Positions 1 to 10,246 of a stretch of DNA of 54,338 nt are shown in pieces. The stretch's first letter is position 1; each line of letters opens with the position of its first letter. This stretch comes from an uncultured archaeon (GTDB lineage: Archaea; Asgardarchaeota; Lokiarchaeia; Sigyniarchaeales; SOKP01). A program made the translations under genes and the position numbers. The notes under the pieces are model-generated. The model was not told where the DNA came from, made no database searches, and was given only the letters and a program-made list of their open reading frames with translations. The stretch spans positions 1 to 54,338 of the forward strand of contig CAZDTP010000023.1 of assembly GCA_964508365.1 (NCBI GenBank), written 5' to 3'.

Positions 1-65
1 CAAGCAATATATTTCCAAATTTAGTTAAGATATCTGGAGTTAAATCACTTCTTTCTAACCATTAT

Positions 66-1301
66 ATGCTCGCATTTTTTAAAAAGTTTTGTGATGCAGT
101 TGTTTCTCGAATGTGGCGTCTTAAAAAAGCAAGAAATACGAGATATGAAAAGGAAGACTTCTTGAAGGTGTTCTTTTTCTCTGAAATTATTGGAAGATCG
201 ATTCATGAGTCTAGTGAGCTGCTAAACGAACATTTAATGAGTAGGAGAAGAGGAAGGCGAAAGGCATTTACAGACGGTCGGAGAAGACGGATGGTACCCC
301 ATCAAACAGAGGTTAACAAGTTTCTGAGAAGAATTGGACTTCAGAGAGCACGCAATATTTTGCGTGAATGTCTTGATGAGCAATTGAAGGAAGCTTTCGA
401 ACAAAATTTGATTTCACAAAAGGTGAATGTTCTAATTGATTTTACAGAGCACCCTTATTATGGGAAACGGGAGGATAAAATGATCAAGGGCACAGATCGG
501 CAGAAGGGAACAAAGAAAATGCGACATTACCTTGGATTTTCGCTTCTTTCTCGAGGGGTTCACCTTTACGCAGGATTAGAACACGTGGCGATGGGTCAAT
601 CTAAGATTCCCATTATTATTAAATTTCTCGATCATTTACTAAAATTAGGATTTGAGTTGAAATATGTATTGATGGATCGTGAATTCTATAGAGCCGAACT
701 TATTGACGATATCGAAAGAAAAGGAGGACATGTTTTAATCCCTGCCAAGCAATTCAAGAAAGTCAAACAGTTCATTACCGAATATCTCGAAGGAAAGCAT
801 GGTCGGGTGCGGAAATACACCTTTTCAACCGCTCCCGCAGCAAAAAGACGATTTTGGAAAGATGTTTACTTAATAATAAAAGCGAAGAGGGGCTTTTCTC
901 TCCAAGGCGTCAAAAGAGATTACAAAAGCGGAAAAATAACCTTAAAGGACGCTCACCATAGAATATTTACCATGATGACTACTGAGAAGCCTAAAGGAAA
1001 GACAAGCTCGTGGGCGTCCCGCACTTCGTTATTTTATCGTCGAAGATGGTTAATTGAAACGGGATTTTCCGACTTAAATCGAATTAATCGCCGATGGAAG
1101 TCAAACTATGATAGTCTACGATATTTAGATATAATGGCAAGAATTCTCCTTTATAATTCATGGAAGATGAATAAAAAGCAGATTCAAAATACAGTAAAAA
1201 AATGTGGAAGAAAAAAAGCTTGGACATTAAACCAAAACCAAAATTCATTAACAAAAGCCTTTCTTTCTCTGGAGAAAAAATCACAAGGGGTGATCGGGTA
1301 A
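66..1301 (+). mobile_element. IS4-superfamily DDE transposase, ISH3-like
   Basis: Motifs VLIDFTEHPYYG (D1), MDREFY (D2) and YRRRWLIETGF (Y-x2-R-x3-E signature); 411 aa fits archaeal ISH3-type transposases; reading frame intact. Confidence 0.85.
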
Positions 1302-1353
1302 ATTACAAATAATGTCGGTGTGTCGACCACAAAAAATAAAAGAAAAAAAATAA

Positions 1354-1367
1354 ATACTTCGATACTG
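1354..1367. repeat. Candidate right terminal inverted repeat of the IS (ATACTTCGATACTG)
   Basis: Ends in ACTG (CAGT on the other strand), as I recall for ISH3-type ends, 66 nt after the transposase stop. No partner copy in positions 1-65, so the left end would lie outside the window. Confidence 0.35.
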
Positions 1368-1369
1368 AT

Positions 1370-1386
1370 AAAAAAAAAAGAAAAAA
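1370..1386 (-). terminator. Oligo-T terminator candidate for tfb
   Basis: A10-G-A6 on the plus strand is a T-run on the minus strand about 20 nt after the tfb stop; archaeal terminators are oligo-T tracts. Confidence 0.4.
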
Positions 1387-1406
1387 GAACGCTTTAATTA
1401 TTCAAT

Positions 1407-2339
1407 TTAAAGCCTAGATTTAATTTGCTTTGCTCTAGATCTTAATGTGACTTCTGTAATCTTTGCCGTATCTGCCACTAACGACTGCGTTTTCCTGATA
1501 GCTCCATCCTTTGCTGCGATATAAATGCACGCTGCAGCTAAACCTTTAGGATCTTTTCCAGTTCGTGCTAAACCATTCGCAGAAGCCTTTCGTAAATATT
1601 CTATTGCGACTTTTTGAATTTTCATGGGGAGATTCAATTCGTTACCAAACCGAAAAACTAAACTTTCTGCGGTAATTGGTTGATATCTCAAACCTAATTG
1701 AGGAAGAACTTCTCTTATAATCATCGCTAAACTTCTATGAACTGTTCTTCTAGGAGTTAACGAAGCTTCACAAACCTCATCTAATAAACGAGGAAAATCA
1801 TGAACTCTAATTGCGGCATATAAAGATCCCGCTATAAATCCATTAATTGACCTTCCCATTGTTAATTTCTTCTTAGCTACTATGCTATATATCTTCCACG
1901 CAGTTTCTGAAATGTATTCGGGAATATTTAATTTTGAGGTAAGCATTTTTAATTTTGGTTTTGCTTCCCAAAAGTTTCGTTCTATACTAGAAATAAGAGA
2001 ATTTTGAATTTTTGATAAACGTGAAAACAAAGCTTGCTCCTTAGGACCTATTGATTTCCCTTTTGAATCCGTCTTTGTCGTAGGAAGCATAGTTCGAGGT
2101 CCAAAATCTCGCCAACGCGGTTCAGTTCTTCTCCTGTTCTGTATTTCTTCAACTGTATAAGCTCTTCTCTCATTACCCACATATGTTCTTTCTGCTATCA
2201 TACCGCAATTTAAGCAAACTTTATTCCCATCACGTTCTTCAATGGATGGGTTTGAACAACACTCGTTAATTTTACTAGAGGGCAAATTATCTTGATCATT
2301 ATCTTTAGAAATTAATCGATCACGGTAATTGCTATTCAT
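1407..2339 (-). CDS. tfb: Transcription initiation factor IIB (TFB)
   Basis: N-terminal Zn ribbon (CC...CLNCG), B-reader-like ERRAY, two cyclin repeats (TMGRS...YAAIR; TGKDPKGLAAACIY) and C-terminal helix-turn-helix ITEVTLRSRAKQI. Confidence 0.95.
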   Translation of the reverse strand: MNSNYRDRLISKDNDQDNLPSSKINECCSNPSIEERDGNKVCLNCGMIAERTYVGNERRAYTVEEIQNRRRTEPRWRDFGPRTMLPTTKTDSKGKSIGPKEQALFSRLSKIQNSLISSIERNFWEAKPKLKMLTSKLNIPEYISETAWKIYSIVAKKKLTMGRSINGFIAGSLYAAIRVHDFPRLLDEVCEASLTPRRTVHRSLAMIIREVLPQLGLRYQPITAESLVFRFGNELNLPMKIQKVAIEYLRKASANGLARTGKDPKGLAAACIYIAAKDGAIRKTQSLVADTAKITEVTLRSRAKQIKSRL

Positions 2340-2391
2340 TATAATATCACAAAAAAAATGTTATAGTCTACAGTGCCATCTAAACATAAGA

Positions 2392-2399
2392 CTTATAAA
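2392..2399 (-). promoter_or_regulatory. TATA-box candidate (TTTATAAG) for tfb
   Basis: About 53 nt upstream of the tfb ATG on the minus strand; the region is AT-rich, so specificity is low. Confidence 0.3.
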
Positions 2400-2716
2400 A
2401 AATTAGATGATGTTACACTTTAATAATATCATAATATCCCAATCGCATTTATAAATGTTTGTACGATATTGAAGAAATTATACATTTTTATTCACTGGGA
2501 ATAACGTGGGAATTAATGATAACAGTATTTTTTTTAAGATACCTTGTTTATTGTTCTACTAATTTCTATTTAATAGCGGTTGTTGAAATAATTCTTATGA
2601 GAATCGCAGTTAAACGAAATTCAATTTTAAACTTTTTTTCTACAGTCAAAATCTATATGAAGTAAAACTTAAGAAAAATCTATATTTTAAAAATATTAAT
2701 TAATCAAGGAAAAAAT

Positions 2717-3241
2717 GTGTTTAATATGGATTTTTATGAAACTGTTAAGAGAAGAAGAAGTTATAGAGTATATAAATCTGATATCCCAGAAGATGATAAG
2801 GTTAATCGCATTATAAACGCTGCTAGATTGGCTCCAACTTGGGCAAATATGCAAGGTATGCACTATATTGTTGTTAAAGACCCCGAAACAGTAAAAAGAG
2901 TATGGAAAGCAGTTGGTCAAACAAAAAAGTTCGTAGAAGCTCCAATGTACGTTGTAGGTGTCATTTCTGAATCTGGTTCGGGGAAAAATCCTAATGGGAT
3001 AAAATATTTTCCTTTAGATTGTGGAATCTGTTTTGAACATTTGATTTTAGCAGCAACAGCTGAAGGTTTAGCCACTTGTTGGATTGGTTGGTTTAACGAA
3101 CTCAAAGTAAAAGAAGTCCTTGAAATACCTAAACATTTTAGAGTCATGGCTTTAACACCATTGGGATATCCTGTTAAGGAAAAAGGAGAAGTTATAGATC
3201 GCAAATCATTTGATGAAATTGTACATTACGATAAATTCTAA
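2717..3241 (+). CDS. Nitroreductase family protein
   Basis: RRSYR FMN-binding start, ARLAPTWANMQ, LAATAEGLATCWIG, LTPLGYP. Confidence 0.92.
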   Translation: MFNMDFYETVKRRRSYRVYKSDIPEDDKVNRIINAARLAPTWANMQGMHYIVVKDPETVKRVWKAVGQTKKFVEAPMYVVGVISESGSGKNPNGIKYFPLDCGICFEHLILAATAEGLATCWIGWFNELKVKEVLEIPKHFRVMALTPLGYPVKEKGEVIDRKSFDEIVHYDKF

Positions 3242-3304
3242 TTTTTTTACAAACCTATTCTATATGAAAGAAAAAGTAAAATAATTTCAAATTTTATTTC
3301 ACTT

Positions 3305-5023
3305 ATGAATATTGTAAGAATCAATGTAAAATTAGATAAAATTGATTATGAAGAAATAACTAATGATTCTAAATACTTTCTTTTAGGAGCGCGGGGGTTA
3401 AGTTCACAAATCGTTCACGATGAAGTTCCTCCCCGATGCGATCCACTTGGACCAGATAATAAACTAATCTTGGCAAATGGTATACTTACAGGAAGTCCAT
3501 TTCCAAATTCTGCTCGGACTTCAATAGGTGGAAAAAGTCCATTAACGAATGGCATTAAAGAAGCAAATGTAGGGGGGAGACCTTCATTAATGCTCGCTAA
3601 ACATGGTATAAGAGCATTAGTCTTGGAAGATATATCCTCAGAATTAAGAATAATCTTAATTAACGAGAACGGAATTAAGTTATTTCCTGGTAAGGAATAT
3701 AAAGGTTTAGGTAACTACGAATTACATCAAAGACTAAGAGTTAAATACGGAGAAAATATAGGGATTTATTCTATAGGCCCTGCAGGCGAGTATAAGATGC
3801 TATCGTCGACCATTGCTGCCAACGACTTAGAAGGTTATCCAAGTAGACATGCTGGTCGCGGTGGATTAGGTGCAGTCATGGGTGCAAAAGGCATTAAAGC
3901 TATTGTAATTATCCCTCCAAAGGAGTCAAAGGTAAAAATACACGATCTTAAGAAGTTTAGACAAGCTTCAACTCCTTTTGCTAAACATTTGGCAGAAACT
4001 AGGAAGGTTTTTTCTACATTTGGAACAGCATTGAATATGAGGGCAATGAGTGAACATCAGGGAATTCCTACCAAGAACTTCCGATTTGGATCCTTCGATA
4101 AAATTTCGAACATTAGTGGAGAAAAACTCCATGAACTCGTAATCGCGAGAGGGGGAAAGAAAAACTTGGCTTGTTCTCCTTATTGTGTTATAAAATGCTC
4201 TAATTTAATTGTAGACGAGAACGGGAACCACATAACTTCAAGCCTTGAATATGAAACGATGGCTTTAAATGGAACTAATTTGCTCATTGATGACTTAGAT
4301 AGCTTAGCTAAAATTGATCATTTCTGCGACGATATAGGAATCGATACTATTGAATTCGGAGGTACAGTTGGAGTCGCTATGGATTGTGGTAAGATTCATT
4401 GGGGAGATGCCAAGGCAGTTTTTAATATCTTGGATAAAGAAATCCGGGAGAATACTGAAATTGGTAAATTATACGGGAATGGTGTTAAAAATATTGGAAA
4501 TAAGTTAAATGCTCAAAGAATACCAGAAATAAAAGGACAAGGTATACCTGCTTATGATCCTAGAGTCTTTAAAGGAATGGGTGTAACATTCGCTACTTCG
4601 CCTATGGGTGCAGATCATACTAGTGGAGCAGCTATAGTTGGCAGAGTACCAAGTCAAACCAAAGACTATGGCGAACTCACTAAAAACGAAGGGAAATTTG
4701 ATTTATCGTTTGAATTACAAATATACACTACAGTATTGGACTCTATGGGCTGTTGTTATTTCATAGGACCGAGCTATGAGAACATGGAAATTGTAACTGC
4801 TGCTATTAACGCGATGTATAATCTAAATCTAACAAGAGAAGAAGTAATTAATATTGGAAAGCATATTCTTAAAACTGAGCTAGAATTCAATGAAAAAGCA
4901 GGCATTACCAAAGATATGAATGATGTTCCAGAATTTTTAAAACTAGAACCTTCTGAACCTAGCGGCTTGAAATTCACATTTACTAAAGAAGAATTACAAG
5001 ATTTTTGGAAGAAATTAGAATAA
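3305..5023 (+). CDS. aor: Aldehyde:ferredoxin oxidoreductase (tungsten/molybdopterin AOR family)
   Basis: GKSPLTNGIKEANVGG, GRGGLGAVMGAKGIKA, Fe-S motif CSPYCVIKC, EYET, DDIGIDTI, YDPR...G...ATSPMGADHT. Confidence 0.9.
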   Translation: MNIVRINVKLDKIDYEEITNDSKYFLLGARGLSSQIVHDEVPPRCDPLGPDNKLILANGILTGSPFPNSARTSIGGKSPLTNGIKEANVGGRPSLMLAKHGIRALVLEDISSELRIILINENGIKLFPGKEYKGLGNYELHQRLRVKYGENIGIYSIGPAGEYKMLSSTIAANDLEGYPSRHAGRGGLGAVMGAKGIKAIVIIPPKESKVKIHDLKKFRQASTPFAKHLAETRKVFSTFGTALNMRAMSEHQGIPTKNFRFGSFDKISNISGEKLHELVIARGGKKNLACSPYCVIKCSNLIVDENGNHITSSLEYETMALNGTNLLIDDLDSLAKIDHFCDDIGIDTIEFGGTVGVAMDCGKIHWGDAKAVFNILDKEIRENTEIGKLYGNGVKNIGNKLNAQRIPEIKGQGIPAYDPRVFKGMGVTFATSPMGADHTSGAAIVGRVPSQTKDYGELTKNEGKFDLSFELQIYTTVLDSMGCCYFIGPSYENMEIVTAAINAMYNLNLTREEVINIGKHILKTELEFNEKAGITKDMNDVPEFLKLEPSEPSGLKFTFTKEELQDFWKKLE

Positions 5024-5046
5024 AAGACAATATTTTATGCTTTTAA

Positions 5047-5601
5047 TCAAAGATATTTCAACCATCCCTTATTTTTCATTATTAATTCCGCTGCCATTAT
5101 TAGAAATAACCCAAGAGAGATGATTATTAGTAGAATTAAGTTAATAATAAATAAATGAGAAACTGACATACTATCCAATAATATTGGATAATGTACAAAA
5201 AAATAACTAATACCACAAACTAAGAAAATAATCTTATGTTTCTTGTAAATTGAGAGCGAAAAGTGCCAACAAATGATAAGTAGTATATTAGAGCTTGAAG
5301 CTATAATAGTTGTTAACGCTAAGGATGTGTTATAAAAGGCAAATATTACGGAATTTATTACGATAATTTCTATGAGGACCAAATATAAGAATTTTTTAGC
5401 GTTATTAAAGAAAAAATCTTGTTCTAGCTTTAAAAGGATACTCAAAACAAAAGGAGGGGCTGTGATTAATATCAAGGTAATGGATAAGATCGGATCGTTA
5501 AGTGCCAGAAATTCTAAAATCAAAGCTAATACAAGACTTATTAGAAGTAAAATAGACCCTAAAATTCTATAAATTCCTTCTTTTTTGCCTATAATACTCA
5601 T
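5047..5601 (-). CDS. Hypothetical integral membrane protein (about 6 TM segments)
   Basis: 184 aa of alternating hydrophobic stretches; ATG start; fills the space between AOR and the next operon. Confidence 0.7.
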   Translation of the reverse strand: MSIIGKKEGIYRILGSILLLISLVLALILEFLALNDPILSITLILITAPPFVLSILLKLEQDFFFNNAKKFLYLVLIEIIVINSVIFAFYNTSLALTTIIASSSNILLIICWHFSLSIYKKHKIIFLVCGISYFFVHYPILLDSMSVSHLFIINLILLIIISLGLFLIMAAELIMKNKGWLKYL

Positions 5602-5748
5602 TTTGAAACCTATATTTATTTATTAATTCCAAGAAATTATAAATTTAAATAGAACAAAAAGTATTGTGAATTAAGTGATTTTTATTGAGAATATATAAAT
5701 AGAAGATTAAAATATATTATCAACTTAGAGAATTTCAATTTAGTTGTA

Positions 5749-7131
5749 GTGATGGGAAAAATGAATAGGGAAATTATATTAAAGGAGCTAGAGAAGATTG
5801 TAGGAAAGGATTATGCAACTAACCGTTCGGAAGATTTATATATATACTCTCAGGATCCCGGAGCATCTATACCTCGCTCCGTTGATTTTGTGGTAATGCC
5901 AAATAATACTGAGGAAGTTCAAGAGATAATTAAATTAGCAAATCGAGAGAAAATTTCTATTGTTCCTATGGGTGGAGGTTTAACATTAAGCGGTTTAATA
6001 ATTCCTGTTAAAGGGGGTATAGTAGTAGATATGAAAAGGATGAATAAAATCCTTGAAATAAATCAGTTTAGCCGATATGCACTTATCGAAGCGGGAGTAA
6101 CTACTGGTCAAATACTTTCACATTTAAACGAAAATTACCAAAATCTACAACCACCTATTCCAGATGCGCCTCCTTCTGCTACTGTCGCCGGAAATATGTT
6201 AATTCACGGTTCAGGATATTTATCGCAAAGATACGGAGGGCATGGAACTATGATTAATGGCCTTGAAGTTGTATTACCTAATGGAGAAATATGTAAATTG
6301 GGATCTTGCGCGGTTTCTGATTATTGGTTTGATAGAGGACCAATTCCGGATTTTATTGGCTTATTTATTAGTGCTTTTGGAACAATGGGAGTAATAACTA
6401 AGCTTTCAATACAATTGTTTCCAAAACCGAAAATGAGAGATATTATTTTTGGATTAATGAATAATCCAAAAGATATACCAGATTTGCTACTGAAAATCAC
6501 GGCGACTGGCTATGCTGAAGATATACTTCTAGGAATGCAAGATAAGCCTGAATGGATGAAAGGCTATGTTTTCATTATGACTTATATCACAGGTGAGACA
6601 GAAGATGATATAGATCGCCAAAGTAAAGCTCTTAAGCGCATTTATCGAAAGTCTAACGCAAGATTTATGAAAGCTCCAGAAAAAATGCGAAATCTTTATT
6701 TAGATAAACCTATATTTGCTTCAGGAGCTGCTGATTTTAGAAAAGGGGGGGGATTCGAATATGTGGGTGCGTTTATACCTCTCGAGAAAATTCCCGAAGC
6801 ATATAAAAAAGGCGCAGAACTCTCAAGAAAATATAACATCCCTCCAACTTTAGGCTCTCGGTTAATAGGAGGAGTTCATAACATCGTTATGTTTTTTTCT
6901 TATTCATTCAATAGAGCTGACCCTAAAGATATGGAAAATGCTAGAAGAGCTCTTCATGAAACCAATAAATTGGCATTAGAATTGGGAGGAATTCCATGGA
7001 AAGCTGAGCTAGAAGGACAAAGATTAACGCTAGGAAAAATGGATTCTAGTTATAAAAAGTTGCTGAAAACTATTAAAAACACTCTGGATCCGAATAATAT
7101 CATGAATTCAGGGAATTGGGAGGTAATTTAA
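5749..7131 (+). CDS. FAD-binding PCMH oxidoreductase (GlcD/D-lactate dehydrogenase-like)
   Basis: PMGGGLTLSG FAD motif, VVDMKRMNKILEI, IEAGVT, GLEVVLPNGE, GTMGVITK and C-terminal LDPNNIMNSG. Confidence 0.88.
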   Translation: MMGKMNREIILKELEKIVGKDYATNRSEDLYIYSQDPGASIPRSVDFVVMPNNTEEVQEIIKLANREKISIVPMGGGLTLSGLIIPVKGGIVVDMKRMNKILEINQFSRYALIEAGVTTGQILSHLNENYQNLQPPIPDAPPSATVAGNMLIHGSGYLSQRYGGHGTMINGLEVVLPNGEICKLGSCAVSDYWFDRGPIPDFIGLFISAFGTMGVITKLSIQLFPKPKMRDIIFGLMNNPKDIPDLLLKITATGYAEDILLGMQDKPEWMKGYVFIMTYITGETEDDIDRQSKALKRIYRKSNARFMKAPEKMRNLYLDKPIFASGAADFRKGGGFEYVGAFIPLEKIPEAYKKGAELSRKYNIPPTLGSRLIGGVHNIVMFFSYSFNRADPKDMENARRALHETNKLALELGGIPWKAELEGQRLTLGKMDSSYKKLLKTIKNTLDPNNIMNSGNWEVI

Positions 7132-7133
7132 AT

Positions 7134-8309
7134 ATGGAATTAAACGTGGAGCAAGATTGGAGGGATATCGTTCATAGATGTTTTAGATGTGGATATTGTA
7201 AATTTACGTACGAATTTTCTGATTTTAATTGTCCAAGCTATAAAAAACATCGGTTTGAGACGTATTCCACTGGTGGAAGGTTATGGCTCATTTATGGTTT
7301 AATAAGTAGGGAAATCCCATGGAGTCAGGGCGCAGCAAATGTGCTTTTCGCCTGTTCTACTTGCGGAAATTGTAATGAAAATTGCCGGTTTGACAAATTT
7401 AATGATTTTCTGGTAGATATTATTGAAGCTGCTCGAGCAGAGGCTGTGAAAAATGGATTTTGTCCAGAGAAGCAAAAAGCTTTAATTGAACGCATAGAGA
7501 ACCCTGAGATGTACAATCCATATGGCGAACAAAATTCTAACAACGAAGATTTGAAGAAAGAATACGACCTACCAGATAAAGCAGAATGGGTTTATTTTAT
7601 TGGTTGCACATCTAATTATCGTCAAAAAGATTTAAGAGACGCTACTTTGAGATTCTTGAAGAAAGCTAATATCGATTTTACTTTGATCGACGAACATTGT
7701 TGTTGTAGCCCAGTAATACGAACTGGTCAAATTAATTCTGTTAAAGACTTCATAAATTACAATATTGCTCAAATAAACAACGCTGGAGCATCAAAGGTCA
7801 TCACATCGTGTGCGGGCTGTTATCGTACTTTAAAAAAGGATTGGTTAAAATATGGTGCTGATTATGATTTTCAGATATATCACACCGTAGAATTGGTTAA
7901 AAAGCTATTAGATGATGGGAAATTAAAAGTTATATCAGAATATAATAAAACCATCACTTATCACGACCCTTGCCACCTTGGAAGGCATATGGATATCTAT
8001 GAAGTTCCAAGAGAAGTATATAAGTACATTCCAGGAATTAAATTAGTAGAAATGAAAAGAAATAGAGAAAACGCTTGGTGTTGTGGTGCTGGGGGTGGTG
8101 TGAAAATAGGATACCCAGATTGGTCGATTGAAATTTCAAAGGAAAGACTTGAGGAAGCAAAAGAAACGGGTGCTACTGTCATTTCTTCTGTATGTCCGTT
8201 TTGCAGGACTAATTTAAGCGATGCTAACATTAAATTCAATATGAATTTTGAAGTTATTGATTTAATAGAGATTTTAGACAAATTAGAATTTGAAATCTTT
8301 GGTATATAA
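7134..8309 (+). CDS. Fe-S protein, GlcF/HdrD-like (two 4Fe-4S motifs plus CCG domains)
   Basis: CFRCGYC...CP, CSTCGNCNENC, EHCCCSP, SCAGC, HDPCHLGR, WCCGAGGG, VCPFC. The ATG at 7134 is 2 nt after the upstream stop and is preferred to the track start at 7116. Confidence 0.9.
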   Translation: MELNVEQDWRDIVHRCFRCGYCKFTYEFSDFNCPSYKKHRFETYSTGGRLWLIYGLISREIPWSQGAANVLFACSTCGNCNENCRFDKFNDFLVDIIEAARAEAVKNGFCPEKQKALIERIENPEMYNPYGEQNSNNEDLKKEYDLPDKAEWVYFIGCTSNYRQKDLRDATLRFLKKANIDFTLIDEHCCCSPVIRTGQINSVKDFINYNIAQINNAGASKVITSCAGCYRTLKKDWLKYGADYDFQIYHTVELVKKLLDDGKLKVISEYNKTITYHDPCHLGRHMDIYEVPREVYKYIPGIKLVEMKRNRENAWCCGAGGGVKIGYPDWSIEISKERLEEAKETGATVISSVCPFCRTNLSDANIKFNMNFEVIDLIEILDKLEFEIFGI

Positions 8310-8343
8310 AATAAAATTAACATTTTTTGTAGGTGCTATTAAA

Positions 8344-9210
8344 ATGAGGTTAGGGGCTCATATGAGTGTTTCAGAAGGTAAACACATGGCTTTTCATAGG
8401 GGTAGAGAGCTTGAATGCGAAACAATTCAAGTTTTTATAAGAAATGTTCGCTCCTGGTCGACAAAACCTTTAGACGAGAAAGATATAGAGGAATTTCTTA
8501 AAACAAAAGAGGAGTTTAAAGATGAAATATGGCCGATAATTAGCCATAACAGTTATTTAATTAATTTAGCAAGTATCGATAACGAAAAATTAGAGAAATC
8601 GTATAGCGCTATGTTGGATGAACTTAATAAAGCTACCCAACTTGGTATTGAATATGAAAACATGCATCCCGGAGTTATCCCTATAAATGATAAAAAAGAG
8701 ATTTCAAAAGATGAAGCACTTCTCCAAATAGCTACTCAGTTAAATAAATTGATGGACGAAACTAAAGGTTCCGATGTTAAAATTTTATTAGAAACTACAG
8801 CTGGTCAAGGTAAGGGCTTGGGTAATAAATTTCACCATTTTGAGACAATGATCAATAAAATAAAAGATAAAAGCAGAATTGGAATTTGTTTTGATACAGC
8901 ACATTCTTTTGCTGCAGGTTATGATTTTACCACTACTAAGAAATATAACGAAATGTGGAACGATTTTGATGATATCATTGGTTTGAAGTATTTATTTGCT
9001 TTTCATTTAAACGATACAGAGAAAGAGTTAGGTTCTAGAGTTGATCGTCATACTCACATCGGTCAAGGAAAAATTGGCAAGGAACCATTTAGATTTTTGT
9101 TAAATGATCATAGATTTAAAGATATTCCGGGCATTTTGGAAACTCCTAAGGGCAATGACTTGAAAGAAGATATCATGAATCTTAATACGCTTAGATCATT
9201 GATTGAATAA
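8344..9210 (+). CDS. nfo: Endonuclease IV (AP endonuclease)
   Basis: LGAHMS, HNSYLINL, HPG, LETTAGQG, CFDTAHSFAAG, HLND, DRHTHIGQG, ILETP. ATG at 8344 preferred to the track start at 8290. Confidence 0.95.
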   Translation: MRLGAHMSVSEGKHMAFHRGRELECETIQVFIRNVRSWSTKPLDEKDIEEFLKTKEEFKDEIWPIISHNSYLINLASIDNEKLEKSYSAMLDELNKATQLGIEYENMHPGVIPINDKKEISKDEALLQIATQLNKLMDETKGSDVKILLETTAGQGKGLGNKFHHFETMINKIKDKSRIGICFDTAHSFAAGYDFTTTKKYNEMWNDFDDIIGLKYLFAFHLNDTEKELGSRVDRHTHIGQGKIGKEPFRFLLNDHRFKDIPGILETPKGNDLKEDIMNLNTLRSLIE

Positions 9211-9213
9211 AGC

Positions 9214-9627
9214 CTAATCTATAACTTCGAACCACATTGGAGTTTTATCTCTAACTAGACCATTATAGTTAACTGTTAATTCATCCCCTTTTACAATATT
9301 TCTAATAGCAATGTATTCAATTGCTTTACTTTCATAATCGTATAAATATTTGATATTAGGACGATATGAATGATTCATTAATTGACTTATGCTCATGGTA
9401 ATAGCGTTTTTAAATGCTGGCATAAGTTTAGGATCTTCCCAGATATAGCAATAATTGTTCAGATCTGTTTCGCTAATTTTTTCATAATCCTCATTTGTGA
9501 GTAATATAACTGATGCAACATCAATAACAGTTCCTTTTTTGATGTTCTTTCTCGCAAATGCACCTCTTCCTTTAGTTTCAGATATAAATTTAACTTCTAT
9601 AAACTCATGCAATGAAATCACCAACAA
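9214..9627 (-). CDS. Stand-alone SET-domain protein (putative lysine methyltransferase)
   Basis: KGRGAFA (motif I), MNHSYRPN (NHS motif), IRNIVKGDELTVNY (ELxxDY-like motif); no post-SET cysteines. Confidence 0.88.
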   Translation of the reverse strand: MLVISLHEFIEVKFISETKGRGAFARKNIKKGTVIDVASVILLTNEDYEKISETDLNNYCYIWEDPKLMPAFKNAITMSISQLMNHSYRPNIKYLYDYESKAIEYIAIRNIVKGDELTVNYNGLVRDKTPMWFEVID

Positions 9628-9644
9628 ATTTATTCTATTCTTTG

Positions 9645-10241
9645 TTATTCTATTGAAGCATGACGCTTATCAATGTCGATTTCAGTAATGTTTAATTTCC
9701 CCATTAATGAAGCTCCAATTGAATCCAATATTGCAAGCGTAGAAATATCAAATAAAGATGTAAATGGAGCTAATGTTATTAGAGATGTAGCTTGATCTTT
9801 ACTTTTTCCTTCAACTTGAATTATTAAATCTGATAAATTTCCGATTGCGCTTAATGGATTTCCCGTAAATAATGCTATTTTTCCCCCTATTTCATTTGCT
9901 TTCTCTGCGATAGCTAATGGTGAAGTTGTACTCCCACTTCCACTTATAATGATCAGTAGATCTTCTTTGCTATATCGATAGGTAACTGCATCAGAAACAA
10001 AACAAGATGTAATTCCTAGGTGCATCAGTCTTTGAGCAAAACATCTACCTATAAAACCCGATCGACCAGCTCCATAGACAAAAATCATATTATTGTTCGA
10101 ATCAGTGTCAATAATCAGATCGATGAGTTTTAAGATTTGAGTCGTGTTTATTTTTTCTGAGTTTTTTTTAACTACTTCAGAAATTTCTAGTAAAGTATTC
10201 AAAAATCTTTCTTCAACTTGATTTGAATTCATCTTCTTCAT
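9645..10241 (-). CDS. phi: 6-phospho-3-hexuloisomerase (SIS domain)
   Basis: VYGAGRSG, FAQRLMHLG, ISGSGST and C-terminal RHASIE (family consensus HANLE). Confidence 0.85.
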   Translation of the reverse strand: MKKMNSNQVEERFLNTLLEISEVVKKNSEKINTTQILKLIDLIIDTDSNNNMIFVYGAGRSGFIGRCFAQRLMHLGITSCFVSDAVTYRYSKEDLLIIISGSGSTTSPLAIAEKANEIGGKIALFTGNPLSAIGNLSDLIIQVEGKSKDQATSLITLAPFTSLFDISTLAILDSIGASLMGKLNITEIDIDKRHASIE

Positions 10242-10246
10242 TATAT

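Noticed and set aside
2459-2665. 68-aa plus-strand ORF between tfb and the nitroreductase
   Set aside because: No RBS or motif; composition looks like translated AT-rich intergenic DNA.
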